DNA of 64,000 bases from the human T2T-CHM13v2.0 reference genome, Homo sapiens. Made by a program: the position numbers and the translations under genes. The stretch lies in the NCBI RefSeq assembly GCF_009914755.1, contig NC_060942.1, one strand, 5' to 3'. Shown one piece after another: positions 50,434-64,000 of this stretch (position 1 is the first letter of the stretch; each line of letters starts with the position of its first letter). The notes under the pieces are model-generated. The model was not told where the DNA came from, ran no database searches, and worked only from the letters and a program-made list of their open reading frames with translations.

Positions 50434-50879
50434 AATAAGTAATTCAGAGAAAATAAGAAAAATGATAAGAAAGTTTAATAGAAGAAAAGAGGGCCAGGAG
50501 ACAATGGAAAGGCCAGGCCTCTGTGTGAGAAGTCTTCGAAAGACAGGACTGTCACATGCCACAAATGTTTATTTAAAGCAGGCCTAGGGAACCTGCACTG
50601 CCTGCCCCTGTGTTTAACTTTCCAGCTATTGGAGCAGCAGGCTCCTTTGGGTCTCCAACTGAAGAGAGCTTATACCAATTTGTTAGGATAAGGAAGGACT
50701 TGCTCTAACAGTTCAAAGGACTCCACAGGGATCCCAAGCAGGGATTAAATCAGCTGTGCTGCCTTCTTCTACACTAGGGCAGGGAAGACGGTCCCATACC
50801 CCCTTGGTAGACCAGACCTGTACCCTGAGAATCTCAGTGTTACCTTCCATGTTCTTTTCTCCCCTTCTGGGCATTTGCA

Positions 50880-51500
50880 GGTGCCATTCCATCTGCCTGA
50901 AACTCCTTTCCTCCAACTTCTGGCTTATGCTTTTCAACCTTTGTCAGCCTAAGTTTCTCCTTCTTTGGGAAGCTGTCTCAGGCCTTACAGATTCTGGGTC
51001 ACTCTGGTCTCATTTGCTCCACTGAATACTAACTGCACCTTATTATAATTGCCTGTTCCCTTGTCTGTCCTCCTCACTAGGTAACATATTTTTTTTTATT
51101 TTACTTTAAGTTCTGGAATGCATGTGCAGAACATGCAGATTTGTTACATAGGTATACATCTGCCATGGTGGTTTGCTGAACCTATCAGCCCGTCATCTAG
51201 GTTTTAAGCCCATCATGCATTAGGTATTTGTCGTAATGCTCTCCCCCACCTTGCCCCACAACTTCCCGACAGGCCCCAGTGTGTGATGTTCCCCTCCTTG
51301 TGTCCATGTGTTCTCATTGCTCAACTCCCACTTATGAGTGAGAACATGCAGTGTTTGGTTTTCTGTTCCTGTGTTAGTTTGCTGAGAATGATGGTTTCCA
51401 GCTCAACATACTTCTCAAGAGTAAAAACTGTGTAGTGCACATGACTATTCCTAGCACACATCTTGCATTCAATGAGAGCTCAAAAGGTGTTTGTTAAAAT
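50880..51500 (+). mobile_element. L2 3' part, interrupted by L1PA
   Basis: CTTGTCTGTCCTCCTCACTAG...CCTAGCACA...CTCAAAAGGTGTTTGTTAAA. Confidence 0.6.
51089..51404 (-). mobile_element. L1PA7-like 3' end
   Basis: TTTAAGTTCTGG...CATCTAGGTTTTAAGCCC...CTCCCACTTATGAGTGAGAACATG. AACATA on both flanks. Confidence 0.93.
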
Positions 51501-52483
51501 AAGAAATAAATATTAATAGTAGAAAGAGATGTAGAAATAAGTTAGAATTGATGGTAGAAGCTTTGAAACCACCAGTAACTTTGAACTTATTAGTGAAAAC
51601 ATTAAATAGTTTAGTTCTTCTCCCTCTAGGAAACTGTAGCCTGAGATGGCAGCTTTCTGTGTCTAAACTGGAATCTAAAGCATAAGAACGTGGTCTCCTA
51701 TAGGTATTGGTGTGTGTGTATGTGTGTGGTAGACAGGACTGTATTGCTTTAATTTTGCTCAAGTCATATTGAATGCAATCCTTTCTATCTTCTTTTCTTA
51801 AATCTAAAATAAATCTACCCCGATGATATAAGCACTTTTCTAAGGTCAGAGGTAGAGTAGGGAACAAGAAATACTTCCTGCACTGATACTTTAAATAGGC
51901 AACTGCATGGAGCAGGGGGTGGGAAGAACACAGAAAAGAGGAGGGGATTCCCACCCTGCAGGAGGGATCCATAGGCTCTTCTCTGGCTTTTCTCCCCACT
52001 GCTCACACTTCTCCCAAGAGCGGAACAAACTGAGCAGCCGGGAGAAGGAACTGAACATGCCCATTGAAGCCTCTTCACTCCCCCTCCTTCCTCTCTCTGG
52101 CCCTGTCTCATTGAGGACTCACATTCTTCTCTCCCTGCCCCTCAAGTCCCAAAGATTCCAAGTGTGATGTTTCTGGGATACACTGGAACACGGGAGTGTG
52201 TAAAAACCAAAGAGAACAAACTTATTTTCGGGAATCAAAGAAAAATTTCTTGAGGAAGCAACACTTATGCTGAGACCAGAAAATGAAAAATGAAAAGGAG
52301 AAAATAAGGTGAAAAAGAAGGGTTTTGTGAGAGCCAGTGTGGTTGGGAAGAGAGTCGTGAGCTTGGAGAACACGTAGTTGTGAAGGGTGGAGGTAGAAAA
52401 AGAAAGGCTTGCTGAAATTACAGTTTTCTTCCTGGCCCCTAACCTGGTGTTAGAGAGGGTCATATCTTAGTTTGGAATAAAAC

Positions 52484-52560
52484 TCATTCATTTGTTCATT
52501 CATTCATTCATTCATTTGTTCATTCATTCCTTCCTTCATTCATTCATTCATTCTTCATTT
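52484..52560. repeat. (TTCA)n microsatellite, expanded tail of a minus-strand L2 running to about 52800
   Basis: CATTCATTTGTTCATTCATTCATTCA seen directly, followed by L2-like sequence. Confidence 0.85.
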
Positions 52561-55129
52561 AACCTATAGCCACTCTCCTACGTGAAGGTAATATAATTCT
52601 GAGTTAGATATGGGCTCTAACCCAAGGCAGCTAACATCTACTAGTAATGCAGATGTGTTAATAATTTTGTTTATTAAACCATACTGGTGTTCTGCTAGAG
52701 GACAAGGACACAAGAGTTATGGGTGGTGGAGAGAGGGATGTCACAAGAGGCAGAGAAGAGGTAACACTTGAGCTGAAAAATGAGTGTGTTTTTACCAAGT
52801 CAAAAAGAAATCTTACTGTCCATCTTTGGTGTCTCCCTTTCTGGACCTTTCTGCCTTACAGAGCTGATGATTACTTGATGTAGCATTCTTCTACCATAAA
52901 CAATCTTCCATATTCTAGCCAGAGTGATGTCACTATGAGACTATGCCTGGTGTAAACAGGATAAAATTCCAAGGCAGATCAGAAATGAAACTAGATCTCT
53001 GTAAGAATGAATTAGCCTCAACATAATAAAATAGTTACAACTTTGTGGGAGATATGTAAAATGGTTTACATCACTGAATGGTCCCAGATGGTAAACATAA
53101 GGAAAGATTGTGTCTTAAAATGCATGTACAGTGGATGTACTGTACATACATAGTGCAGAAAAAACTTTTAAGAGCCTAGCATTTTCTAGGCTCCTGGACA
53201 ATGCATGTTTATGATAATGTGCACCACAAATATACCCACAATTTTCAATGTATTAATCATAGATAGTGTCCAAAACGAGTGAGATGGCAAAGAAAATACG
53301 GTCATTGGAAAAGAAGAGATGTATTACTGAATGTGCTAGAAAGTAAAGAACACTAGACTCAACACAATGTGTAAGACAACACAAATGATGGAATGCTTGG
53401 AAGAAGGTAATAAATGTAACTTCTAGGAGAGAGACGAGTGGAAGGCTTCTCAATTGCCCTAAAAGAATGGCCTGGCTGGAGTCGCTCAGGGAGGAGGTGA
53501 GCGCACAGGCTGGTGTGGGAAATGAAACAAGGACACCAGGGAGACTGATTTGCTCTCGTCCTGTCACTCCCCTGTGAACTTTGGGTCATAGATGGTTAAG
53601 TGTGGGAAGGGAAAAGCAGGAAGTATTCTAATGAGAATTCAATTAATTCAAGGAATCACAGAAACCAGGTGTAAACTCTGCCGGATATTAAAAGATCCCT
53701 GAGAGGAGACTTAGGATTTTGTAACACGTCAGATCAATTTTCGAGGAGCTGGCAAATTGGCAGCTTCCCGTTTATAGCCCAGGCCTTCCCTAACAGGTCC
53801 AAACAATTCACGTCCTTCGACTCTGAGCAAGTGTGACTTGAGACCCCTAACAAGGCCACTGCTGTGAGGGACCCACTCTGCTCCATCTGGGTACCCATGG
53901 GGGTCTTCAGGATGCAACGGCCATCCCAGGACACTGGAGAAAGCCCTGCCACCCTCTGAAGGACTTCCAGCCGGTTGCAGGACTCGGCATGAGGGCATGG
54001 TTTCCTGTAGGTGTTGGACTGGCCATGATAAAATGACGCATGACAGTCTGATGCTGGGGCTAAAAGCAGCGGGAGCTTAATACCGCGGGGCAAAGGATGA
54101 AAACACAGCTGAAAAACAATGTCTAGCTGAAGAGAAGTGTTGAGTGGGGCCCCCGCAGGGGCCACTCCGAGGGCCTTTAAGGACTTTATGTCCGCATGAT
54201 TAGCCAAGATGAAGGGACCAGCTGCAAACTTTAATTTCCTGATGACACAAAGGAACCATGAACAATATATAGATAGGATTTGAATTTGTAATAAGCAGTG
54301 GCCTAATCCACAGCAAAGGATAGTCAGTGTAGACCAAAAAAAAAAAAAAAAGCCTCCTGAAATTTCTTAGGGTCCCCATTCAGACATACTCTTTACTGAG
54401 AGTTTTACTTCAAGCAATTTATCTTGGAGGAACTACCAGGGTTGGCTGTGGGAAAGAAGCAATGCACTTTTGCTCTAGGACCCTGAATTCCTGACAAATC
54501 CCTCTGTTCTCCTAGCAAGAAGACAAACCAGAGTTTGTATAATAATATTGCCTGCACCTGGCTGGAAGAATACTCTGGATAAAGGAATGACCACATTAGT
54601 CCACTGAGAATATTTTGCCAGACACTAACCTCTTTTATTATACTCTTAATCTCAAGCTAGAGAGGGGAATTTTTAAAAATAATGCTTTCTTCATTCTTAG
54701 CAGATGAAAACATAACATTTGAGCTTCTTTCTTTCTTTCTTTCAAGTGCTGTTGGAATCAAATTAGCTGCTGGAAAAGAAAGGCTCAACCTTCATTTTTT
54801 GTTCTTACCCTTTCAGCTCTAATCATCTTGAAGTGTTAAGGTGCATAATAAAAAAAATGTTTAGGTCCACAGGAAGTGGCTCGTGATGAGGACTGGCTTT
54901 AATAGCACAGGGAAAGCTGAGGACAAAAGGGGCCAGATGTTTTGACAGGGCACCGAGGAGCAAAGAATCTGGGAAAGGGAAAGAAACCTTTCAACAATTC
55001 TCAGAACAGGGGGCTTTTTGTCTCCAGCTCTTGAAGAGGTCCTGTGGCATGAGCTTCCCCCTAAGAGGCAAAAGATGAGAACTTCAAACATGCATCAGCA
55101 TTGTGAACACAACATGTTAATCTTATTAA

Positions 55130-55355
55130 TTATGAAAACCCCCACTGAGGGAGCATTTACATGTGCTAGCAAATTTACCTGCATTATCTCATTTAGTCTT
55201 TGCAAAACAAGCCTGCGCAGTTGGCTTTATCATTCCCATTTTACTGGTGAGTCAGCTTAGGCTAAGGAAATGTAAACTTTACTTGTCCATAGACATGCTC
55301 ACTGTTAAATGTTATAGCTAAAATTAGAGCCCAGGACTTTTTGACTCCAAGACAT
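55130..55355 (-). mobile_element. MIR SINE
   Basis: CATTATCTCATTTAGTCTT...ATTCCCATTTTACTGGTGAG...TGACTCCAAG. Confidence 0.75.
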
Positions 55356-56974
55356 ACTGCAGCTTCCTTGCAATGACAAAAATTACAAGAAAGACACTTG
55401 GAGCTCCATGATGCTTGTTGCATATTACTGGGATCTGACTCTCTCAGACATCACTTCCGTTGCTAAAAGCAAAAACTTATAGCCCTCTTGGAGGTATTTA
55501 CTCGGTGCCTCCTACTTACCACTAGCTTCCCCTTTCCTCCAAATAATAATAATAATGAGCTGAAAGATTTATACAATCTGAAGAGAAACCAGAGTATTAA
55601 TAGTAATAATAGGTTACAAAAATATTTCCATGTAACCATTTTCAGTATGGATGGCTTTACAATGTTGACACAATCCCTTAGTGTGGCTGCAGAAAAGGGA
55701 AGAAATAGGCACACTTCCAGTCCCAGGAGGAACTCAGGGCTGGTTTTTCTCTATTTCTTCTTCAAACAGAAAAGGAATGGGGACATATGTGTTTGTTGGA
55801 TAGTAAGAAAGTCCTTTGTGTGATACGTGTGTTCTTGTGACTCAGTTTTTGGAAGTCATGGTCAAGTTCTAGTGCTCAGAAATTTGATCCTTGCATTCCT
55901 CTCTTTGGCATTGAAAGGTACCTCAAGGCCAGAGCTGGCTGAACAGAGGCTTGTCAGCTGCCAGGGCCTGCCTCTGATGGCCTTCTGGGCACAGCTGTCA
56001 GGGAGATTGGGCTGTGTCCCAAGGGGGATGTGTCATCACCCAAATGCCTGGGCAGCGACGGGGGATGTGTGAGGTTTAGAGCTAAGAGGAGTGCTCTCCT
56101 TTCACTAAATATTCTTAAGTCTCTGTCCAGGAGCTCTGCCCATGCTGGCCTTCTCTGTACCTCTTTGTCCTCAAAAGTCTATGTCACAGCAGGCTGCTGG
56201 GTTATCCTATGGGGACAATTTTGCTCTGTGTAGGCGACCAGCCTCAGAGTGTTTCTGATCCCTAATAGTCCTCAGAACGATGCTGGGAAATGTCTCTGAG
56301 AGTCCAAGTTTGCCACAGCCTGGGCTGCTGGAGCCCTGTGCCTTCCCTCCATCCTTCCTGTCTAGGACAATTGAGCTAATTAATGTGACCAGGGAACATT
56401 TGAGTTGCTAATAGGAGCCAAGAAAGTGTTGGGGTGTCCAAGACAAATGGCACTTGGCTCATGTTGCTCAACAGCTTAAGTTTCAGTTTTGAAAATTAGT
56501 TCAGTTTTACTTAAATCATCTTCTGTGCCAGGCAGCCAATTTTGAGAACTGACGCATGACAAAGCCTCCGTATCTGCAGTGAATAGTCTCTCCATTTTAT
56601 TTGACCCTTAGGAACTGGGGGAGAAGGTGGTCTGTGCACAGCCTGTCCAAGGCATCCTGGAAGAAGGAGAGAGAGGGGGAACTCTGTGTGTCTGGTTTTG
56701 CCCAGTTAAGAAAGAACAAAGTAATCAAGTTAAAACTGTATTTCAATTTCCTCCTCTGAAGAATGTGTTATTAAGTGAATTAACGTGTTGTTTCTTTTAT
56801 CTGAAGATCTGTGGTAACTCATATCTTCTGAGATGGGTCTGACACGCTTAGTTTCAACAGAAGTAGATGACTTGGCTTTACTGTAAAATAGCAAAGGAAT
56901 TTTATAAGACATTAGAATAATAACTTACATCTATTTATGTGTTTTTCTAGTCATTGTAGTCACGCTGTTTATCA

Positions 56975-57530
<556 letters not shown>

Positions 57531-59412
57531 TAGTTCAGATAATATCTACCTCAGATAAATGTAAAATTAAATTACATCTAACATATGTGGAGAAATTTTC
57601 TCACAGTAGGTACCATCAATACCGGTACCCTTACTGTCCCTGCGTATCATAATGGCTAGGTTTGTTGAAATATTAGACGTAAAACTATACTTACATTTAC
57701 TTTCTCTACCTCAGGTATTTTACTTGAATTCTCTTGTGAATTTTAGTATTCTGTCTACCTACCACTTTCAAACCAATGGGTCTCCAGAAGGGACTGAATT
57801 CTGATTCACACACCACAAACAAGCAAATTCAACCACCAAAAATTCTGCACCAAGCCACCACATTGAAGACCATAGGTGGGGATCATGCTGGGCCACCAAG
57901 CCATCTTGTCAACCTCATACATGTCCGTCTGGTTCAGGCCTGTAAACCAGGACTCCTCGGCCTGCCCCTCAGGCCTCAGAAATCTCTTCTAGCAAAAAGT
58001 ATACCTGCAGGCCTGGCTATGTGATTTATAATAGTCTTTATGTATTCCAAGTCATGGGGATAGGAAGAAGGCACTAAATGCCAAGGTTTTAAAGACAGTG
58101 CCTCACAGAAATGACCATAAATAGCAGCTCAGGAGGCCACTTACATGAAGTTAGACCCGTTTAGGACTAGGGGCTATTACAGTATGAGCTTATCATAACT
58201 TGATTCAAGTGCAATAAGCGAGGAGTGGAGAAGATGACCAGTCAGTGTTAGAAAGCCAAGTGTGGATCAGATAACCACATTAAAAAGATTAAAATGTCCA
58301 GCCTGCTATAAATGCCTGCTAAAATCCTAAAAAGGAGCCTGGAGAGACCCATAAAATCATAACTAAGAAAGTAAGGGAGCCCTGAAGCTTTAACCAGATG
58401 TTCCTGTGATATGAATGACTATGTTAGTAAATTTTCATCCTAGCAATACAGCTTTGTATTGATCTTTTGCTTTTATTAGTCAGTGCTGCTATGAGATTAA
58501 ACATTGTCTGGAAGGAAATAGAGGCTTCCCTCTCTAGAAGGCTCTTCTCAGGAACCCAGCATTTGTTATCACAAAGCGCACAAGGGAGTTTATAATGAAT
58601 TGCACAACAGAGCAGAGGCTTGAGTCTATAAAAAGAGTTATATAAGGGGTAGCCTTATAGAGAATAACCTCATTTGGGAAGCAAACATTGTGTACCGTAC
58701 CGAGTAGGAAACCTACGGAGAGCTGTCTAAAACAGAAATAGACATGAGTATTTATGACCAGGAGCACCAATCGCAATACACAGTGCTAAACACTTAATCT
58801 ACGTTTAGATTTTACTCCAGATCCAAGCTGAAGTCAGCAGAATTAAATTTTCAAATGTATTTCAGCAGCCTTAAATCCTTCTGATACTGTTAGCAGTGGC
58901 AGGGTTCCAAAATGCATTCTGTTAATAAGACAGTAAAGTATAAAATCGAGTTATCTCTTTCAAGGAGAAAAACACAGAGTAAAGGAAACGAGTCTTGTAA
59001 AATTACATTCCAGTATTCAGGCCTTTTCTACCTGAGTTCCTTTCAATTTATTCTTTTACTACCAGACCATTCTCCTGGAAAATAGCAGGGAAAAAAAAAG
59101 AAATTGCCCCCCAACATTTTTTTTGAACTATGAAAGAAATGGTACTCCTGCAAAAAGCCTTAGGATTTTTTGCTTCTTATTTTTACAGGTCAGAGGAGGT
59201 TAAGATTTTGCCAATCAGCTTGTAACATGCAGTATCAAGTCTCCTTGGGCTAGCAAAAAGAATTCAGCAGCTGTTACCTTTTCTTTCTCACTTAACATAA
59301 CTTTTGGTTTACCTGCAGCTAAAAGAAATTTATGCAGCACATACAGGGCTGTTGTTCAAGTCCCCAAAGCAATTTCATTAGTTCTCCCAGGAGCAGCATC
59401 AAATGCTTGTTA

Positions 59413-59550
59413 AGGAGGAAGAGAGATAGACAGACAGACAGAAAAAAAGACAGAAAGGAAGAAAGGAAAGAAAAGAAAAGAAAGAAAGGAAAGAAAGAAA
59501 AAGAAAGAAAGAGAAAAGAAAAGAAAGGAAAGGAAAAGAAAAGAAAGAGA
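59413..59550. repeat. GA-rich compound microsatellite, (GACA)n/(GAAA)n/(GAAAA)n
   Basis: Purine-rich tract seen directly. Confidence 0.9.
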
Positions 59551-59574
59551 CACATCCACTACCAACGCTCTTTG

Positions 59575-60024
59575 TTTTTTTTTTTTCAATTTTTTAAAAT
59601 TATGCTTTAAGTTCTGGGATACGTGTGCAGAACATGCAGGTTTGTTACATAGGTATACATGTGCCATGGTGGTTTACTGCACCCATCAACCCGTCATCTA
59701 CATTAGGTATTTCTCCTAATGCTATCCCTCCCCTACCGTGACAGGCCCTGGTGTGTGATGTTCCCCTCCCTGTGTCCATGTGTTCTCATTGTTCACCTCC
59801 CACCTATGAGTGAGAACATGCGGTGTTTGGTTTTCTGTTCCTGTGTTAGTTTGCTGAGAATGATGGTTTCCAGCTTCATCCACGTCCCTGCAAAGGACCT
59901 GAACTCATCCTTTTTTATGGCTGCATAGTATTCCATGGTGTATATGTGCCACATTTTCTTTATCCGGTCTATTATTGATGAGCATTTGGGTTGGCTCCAA
60001 GTCTTTGCTATTGTGAATAGTGCC
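59575..60024 (-). mobile_element. L1PA (PA6/PA7-like) 3' end
   Basis: Poly-T, then TTTAAGTTCTGGGATACGTGTGCAGAAC. ORF 59793-60041 encodes the L1 ORF2p C-terminus (ALFTIAKTW.QPKC...IKKMWHIYTMEYYAAIKKDEF). CTTTG on both flanks. Confidence 0.95.
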
Positions 60025-62089
60025 CTTTGAACACATAACACTGAGATGAAGTGCCAGACTTGCTCAAATGAACAAAGTCAAAATGAAGCCTAAAATGCCA
60101 TCTAGACATCGGCTTTCACATCACAGTTTCTGCACATATGGGATGAGAGACCACCCACTGCTCTGAGATCCCTGCAGGGCACCACTGAGCGAGTTAAGTA
60201 ATGAATTTTAATCTTAACTCTGAATTTCTTTGTCTTTAGGCAATTTTTTTTTTTGGCCTGTCTAGGAGTTAGAAAAAGATAGAAACTCCCTTGTCTTGTA
60301 GAACTAATGTGATATAAGAAATTGAGCTGTAGCAATCCACTGGGAAGAGACAAAAAATATACGAAAGTAAAGATTTATACTGTATACTCAAATAGTTCTG
60401 GAAAACATATACATCTGGAATATACTAGAAAATATCTGGAATATCTATAGGTAATACCTGTATATAATACCTCTCTATATTTGATATCCTGTACCTTTAT
60501 AACTTTGAACAAATATATATATATATAATTTTACCACATTGAATTATGACATTGAGAGAAACAAGAACATAAACTTAATTTCTAATTATTATTATTATTT
60601 TTTTATTTTTTTTAATTTCTAATTAAACCTATCATTAGAAGAGATTTTGGAGTTCTTAAGAATTATTTTTGTTGAGTTCAACAAGTTATGTAAATGATTT
60701 TAGAGACTTTTCTTGAATAACTGCCTAAAATGAAACCTGAAAAAATTTCATTCCCTTTTTCCAGCTTTGCCAGAGTCTGGGCAGATGCCTACAGTTATTT
60801 TATGACATCAGAGTTAACATTTATAAGACCATAATTTACTCCCATTATCCTTTAGTCAACTTAATGAGATTAGGAGGATACCATGATTTTTTAAAGTTGA
60901 TTTGAGAGGCATTTCTGATCTAGATATAATTTAAGAGATGCCCTGTTTTACAACCACAGGTCATAGGTAACTTCTGTAAAGGGTGAATCTCTGTGATTGT
61001 TGCTGCTTCAGTGTCGGAGGGTATCATTTTGTGACCATGTCTGGGTGCCCCCCAGTGATTGCCTAGGGTTTCCAGGGCCTGGCTATTACCATATGCTATG
61101 GACAACTCCAGTTGTGTTCTTTGCACGTAGCTTTTAAGGTTCAACTCTAAAAATTCTTTCCAAATTCCGCTAGTTGAAATCAATCAGGGTTTGCATCTAC
61201 CCCAATTAAAGTTATTTCTGTGACTTCATACCAAATTACGAGCAGCTAGATTAGGTTCTTTTCAACTTTTAGATCCCCTTCAGTGTCTAGAAGAGTGCCT
61301 TGCATAATATATGTCCCTTGAATGGAACTGTATTTTCTAAAAACTGGGAATTAAATCCACCCGTGGGGAAGGGTATGAAGATGAATGAGCAATGGACAGA
61401 AGCATCCTCTAATGATGGCAAAGATGAAGCAAACACACACCTGGGCCCAGACCCTTGCTAGGGCATTTATGTAAAACCAAATTAACTTCAAGAGAATTCA
61501 ATGAGTAAAGTGAACGTTTTTCACCCTCCAGGTGGTCCCTGGAGAGGATGTTAGCATGATGAGAAGAAACAGGGAGAGGAAAAATGCTGCTGCTGACCCC
61601 TGTATGATAAAGATAGGTTTTCCCATCTCCACTCCTCCATTCTGCGTATTTCAAAATGACAACAAGGGAAACAATTTACAGTTGACTCCAGGTGCCCCTG
61701 GCTGTGAAACTCTTTCTGTCATGGCAGAGAGATGAAAAAGAGGCCCCCTTTCCCATGAACGACTCTGAGCCACATAAATATTGTTTCATTTCCACTTGTA
61801 GCAGTTTATGTTGCTTGTCTGTGTTCAATCTCCCTAGATCCTGGCAGTTCAGTCACTCCTCTCTTTCTAGACACTAGATCACAGCACCTGAAACTAGGAA
61901 AGGAAAAGAGGCCTGGAAAGAGGCCCAGCAGTGGCACCTTGATGCTATCTTGAGATGTCTCCATTATAACTTGCAACATCCTGCAGTGGTAAAATGTGGG
62001 TTTACCTTGAGATAATCTAGATCCTTCCGCAGCATCACTTTATTGCCTAATGCTACTGTTTCCTTCTCATCATTTGCCCAAAAAGAGGG

Positions 62090-62248
62090 GTCTCAGGAGA
62101 TGCTCTTTGGGGAACTTGTTAAAATCCTGAATTCTGGGCTGACTTCTGAGACTTCTGATTCAATAATTCTGGATGGTACCTAGGGATCTGCATTTTAATA
62201 TACAGTGCATCCCAGATGATTCTTATTTCAGGTGGTTGATAAACACTG
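62090..62248. mobile_element. MER5A/MER5B hAT DNA transposon
   Basis: TGGGGAACTTGTTAAAAT...ATTCTGGGC...TTCTGATTCA...ATCTGCATTTTAA...CCCAGATGATTCT...AAACACTG. Confidence 0.75.
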
Positions 62249-62734
62249 TCTTATGGCTAAGAGGAGGGAAGATTAGCTGGCTTATTTTCTACTCATGGGG
62301 TTTTTGTTGTTTGTTTGTTTGTTTGTTTGTTGGAGTAGGTGAGGAAAATTGGAGAAATAGCTCCCCTGCATATTACATTTGAAGAAAGTAAAGTTAAGGA
62401 CATAATGATATAATTAAGTTTAATGTAACATATAAACAGATTTGTTCATCAAACGCACTGAGCTAGTTACTGGACATTCAAACTGTGAATGAAACTTGGA
62501 TCTCTGTGCTCAAATAGCAAATAGTTAGGGAACAAAATGAATTACCATCCAGGCTCAACAATGGATTATCCAGTTGGTTCAATTCTCTACCTCGGTAGAG
62601 GTTACAGTTTGTCCCTAATGTCAACCTTCCCATGAATATCCCGTGTTTCCTATCTAAAAGCCTAGGGACCTATTCATGGAGGTACTCCTGATAACAGGTC
62701 ATGAAGTCACATCAAAGATTACCTGGGCCTGTCT

Positions 62735-62865
62735 CCCCTCATCACAGATAAGGGAACTGAAGTTACAAGAGGTTAAGGGACTTGTGGAAGGTAGCTAGAT
62801 AGTTTGTATGACAGTTCACACCCAAATCAGGCCTTCTGAGGCATTGCTTTTCCCACTTTAGCATA
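62735..62865 (-). mobile_element. MIR SINE
   Basis: ACAGATAAGGGAACTGAAGTTACAAGAGGTTAAGGGACTTG. Confidence 0.75.
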
Positions 62866-62889
62866 TTGCTTGGAGCAAGATTGTCCATT

Positions 62890-63050
62890 GGTTTGTTCAT
62901 TAATTCATTCATTCTACAGATACTTAGTAAGCACCTACCATTTTCCATGGTAGTAAGCACCTACCATTTTCCTGGGCCATGTATTGAGGATGAAAAGTTG
63001 AGTAAGACTCTCTTTCTGTCTTTACAACCTTATAATTTAGGGAGATAGAG
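62890..63050 (-). mobile_element. L2 3' end with internal tandem duplication
   Basis: TTCATTCATTCTACAGATACTTAGTAAGCACCTAC...CTTATAATTTAG. Confidence 0.7.
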
Positions 63051-63623
63051 ATCAGAAAACAGGTTACGTAAAGCCAACCTTCTTTGATTTTTTTTTTTCC
63101 ATAATACAGATCTTATGCTTTGCTGTCTCCTGGAATGATTTTCAGACTTAGGTTATATCCTTTCTGACCTCTTGATTCACCATCTGACCAATCTGGATCA
63201 TTTTAGTCAGGCCTTCCATAGAGCACATCTATCTATCAGGTGCATGTCCTTACTTATCCTAGAGACCTCTCCACCACTGTTTCTTTCTAGAGAGAAGGCA
63301 GCGAGTTGCACAGAGTATTTCAGAGATGAATAGATAGGGTAAAGTCCAGCTTTTGGTTTTCATTTTTTCAAGTTCCTTTAGGATGATGTCCTCTGGTCCT
63401 GCAGCAGATCTTTGGAACCATGACTCTCAGACCCTCTTGCAGTTCTCAATCCAACAAACAGATGACTATCCCAGATAGAATTTAGCTTTCTTTTTCCCAA
63501 AATGGCCCACCTTTCATTGTCATGCATAAAAGCACATATTCTCTGTCCCTTCACACAGCCTTTCAAGATAGTTCTAGAGTTTATTTCTCTTTATTTGGCA
63601 TTTTACAAACAAAAGATATTACA

Positions 63624-63936
<313 letters not shown>

Positions 63937-64000
63937 TTACAGTGGTAAGTTTGAAAATTTCACTGACGACTTTTCTTCTTCCCCAACAAATAAACCCCTT

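Noticed and set aside
51469-51999. Longest ORF in the window (176 aa, minus strand)
   Set aside because: GTG start, no recognisable domain, runs through a TG repeat into an L2 tail. Consistent with chance.
53734-54207. 157-aa minus-strand ORF
   Set aside because: TTG start, no family resemblance, no clear splice architecture. Local GC richness explains it.
59319-59667. K/R/E-rich and F/S/L-rich ORFs
   Set aside because: Translations of the GA microsatellite.
59793-60041. ORF matching L1 ORF2p C-terminus
   Set aside because: A 5'-truncated L1PA of about 450 bp that cannot encode a functional protein.

Overview
This is primate (human-like) genomic DNA, intronic or intergenic in character. 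About half is recognisable transposon debris: ten Alus, L1PA/L1MA/L1MC/L1ME fragments, many MIR and L2 relics, solo LTRs (LTR16, MSTB, THE1, MLT1) and hAT DNA transposons (MER33, MER5, MER58, MER1B, Charlie4). I cannot identify any protein-coding gene, RNA gene or CRISPR array, and the ORF track is explained by chance or by repeats. I see no convincing novel biological system. The best leads are: (1) a candidate TATA/ETS core promoter and first coding exon at about 45.3-45.5 kb, with two in-frame ATGs and a 5' splice site, in a CpG-enriched repeat-poor block; (2) an old L1 that keeps its 5' end and ORF1, lacks ORF2, 3'UTR and polyA, yet has a perfect 12-bp TSD; (3) a minus-strand candidate exon with alternative donors (6 nt or 66 nt); (4) a palindromic RFX X-box; (5) transcription-factor sites apparently gained inside TEs; (6) several fold-back (template-switch) micro-insertions. 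Repeat subfamily names come from my recollection of consensus sequences, and boundaries of old repeats are approximate.
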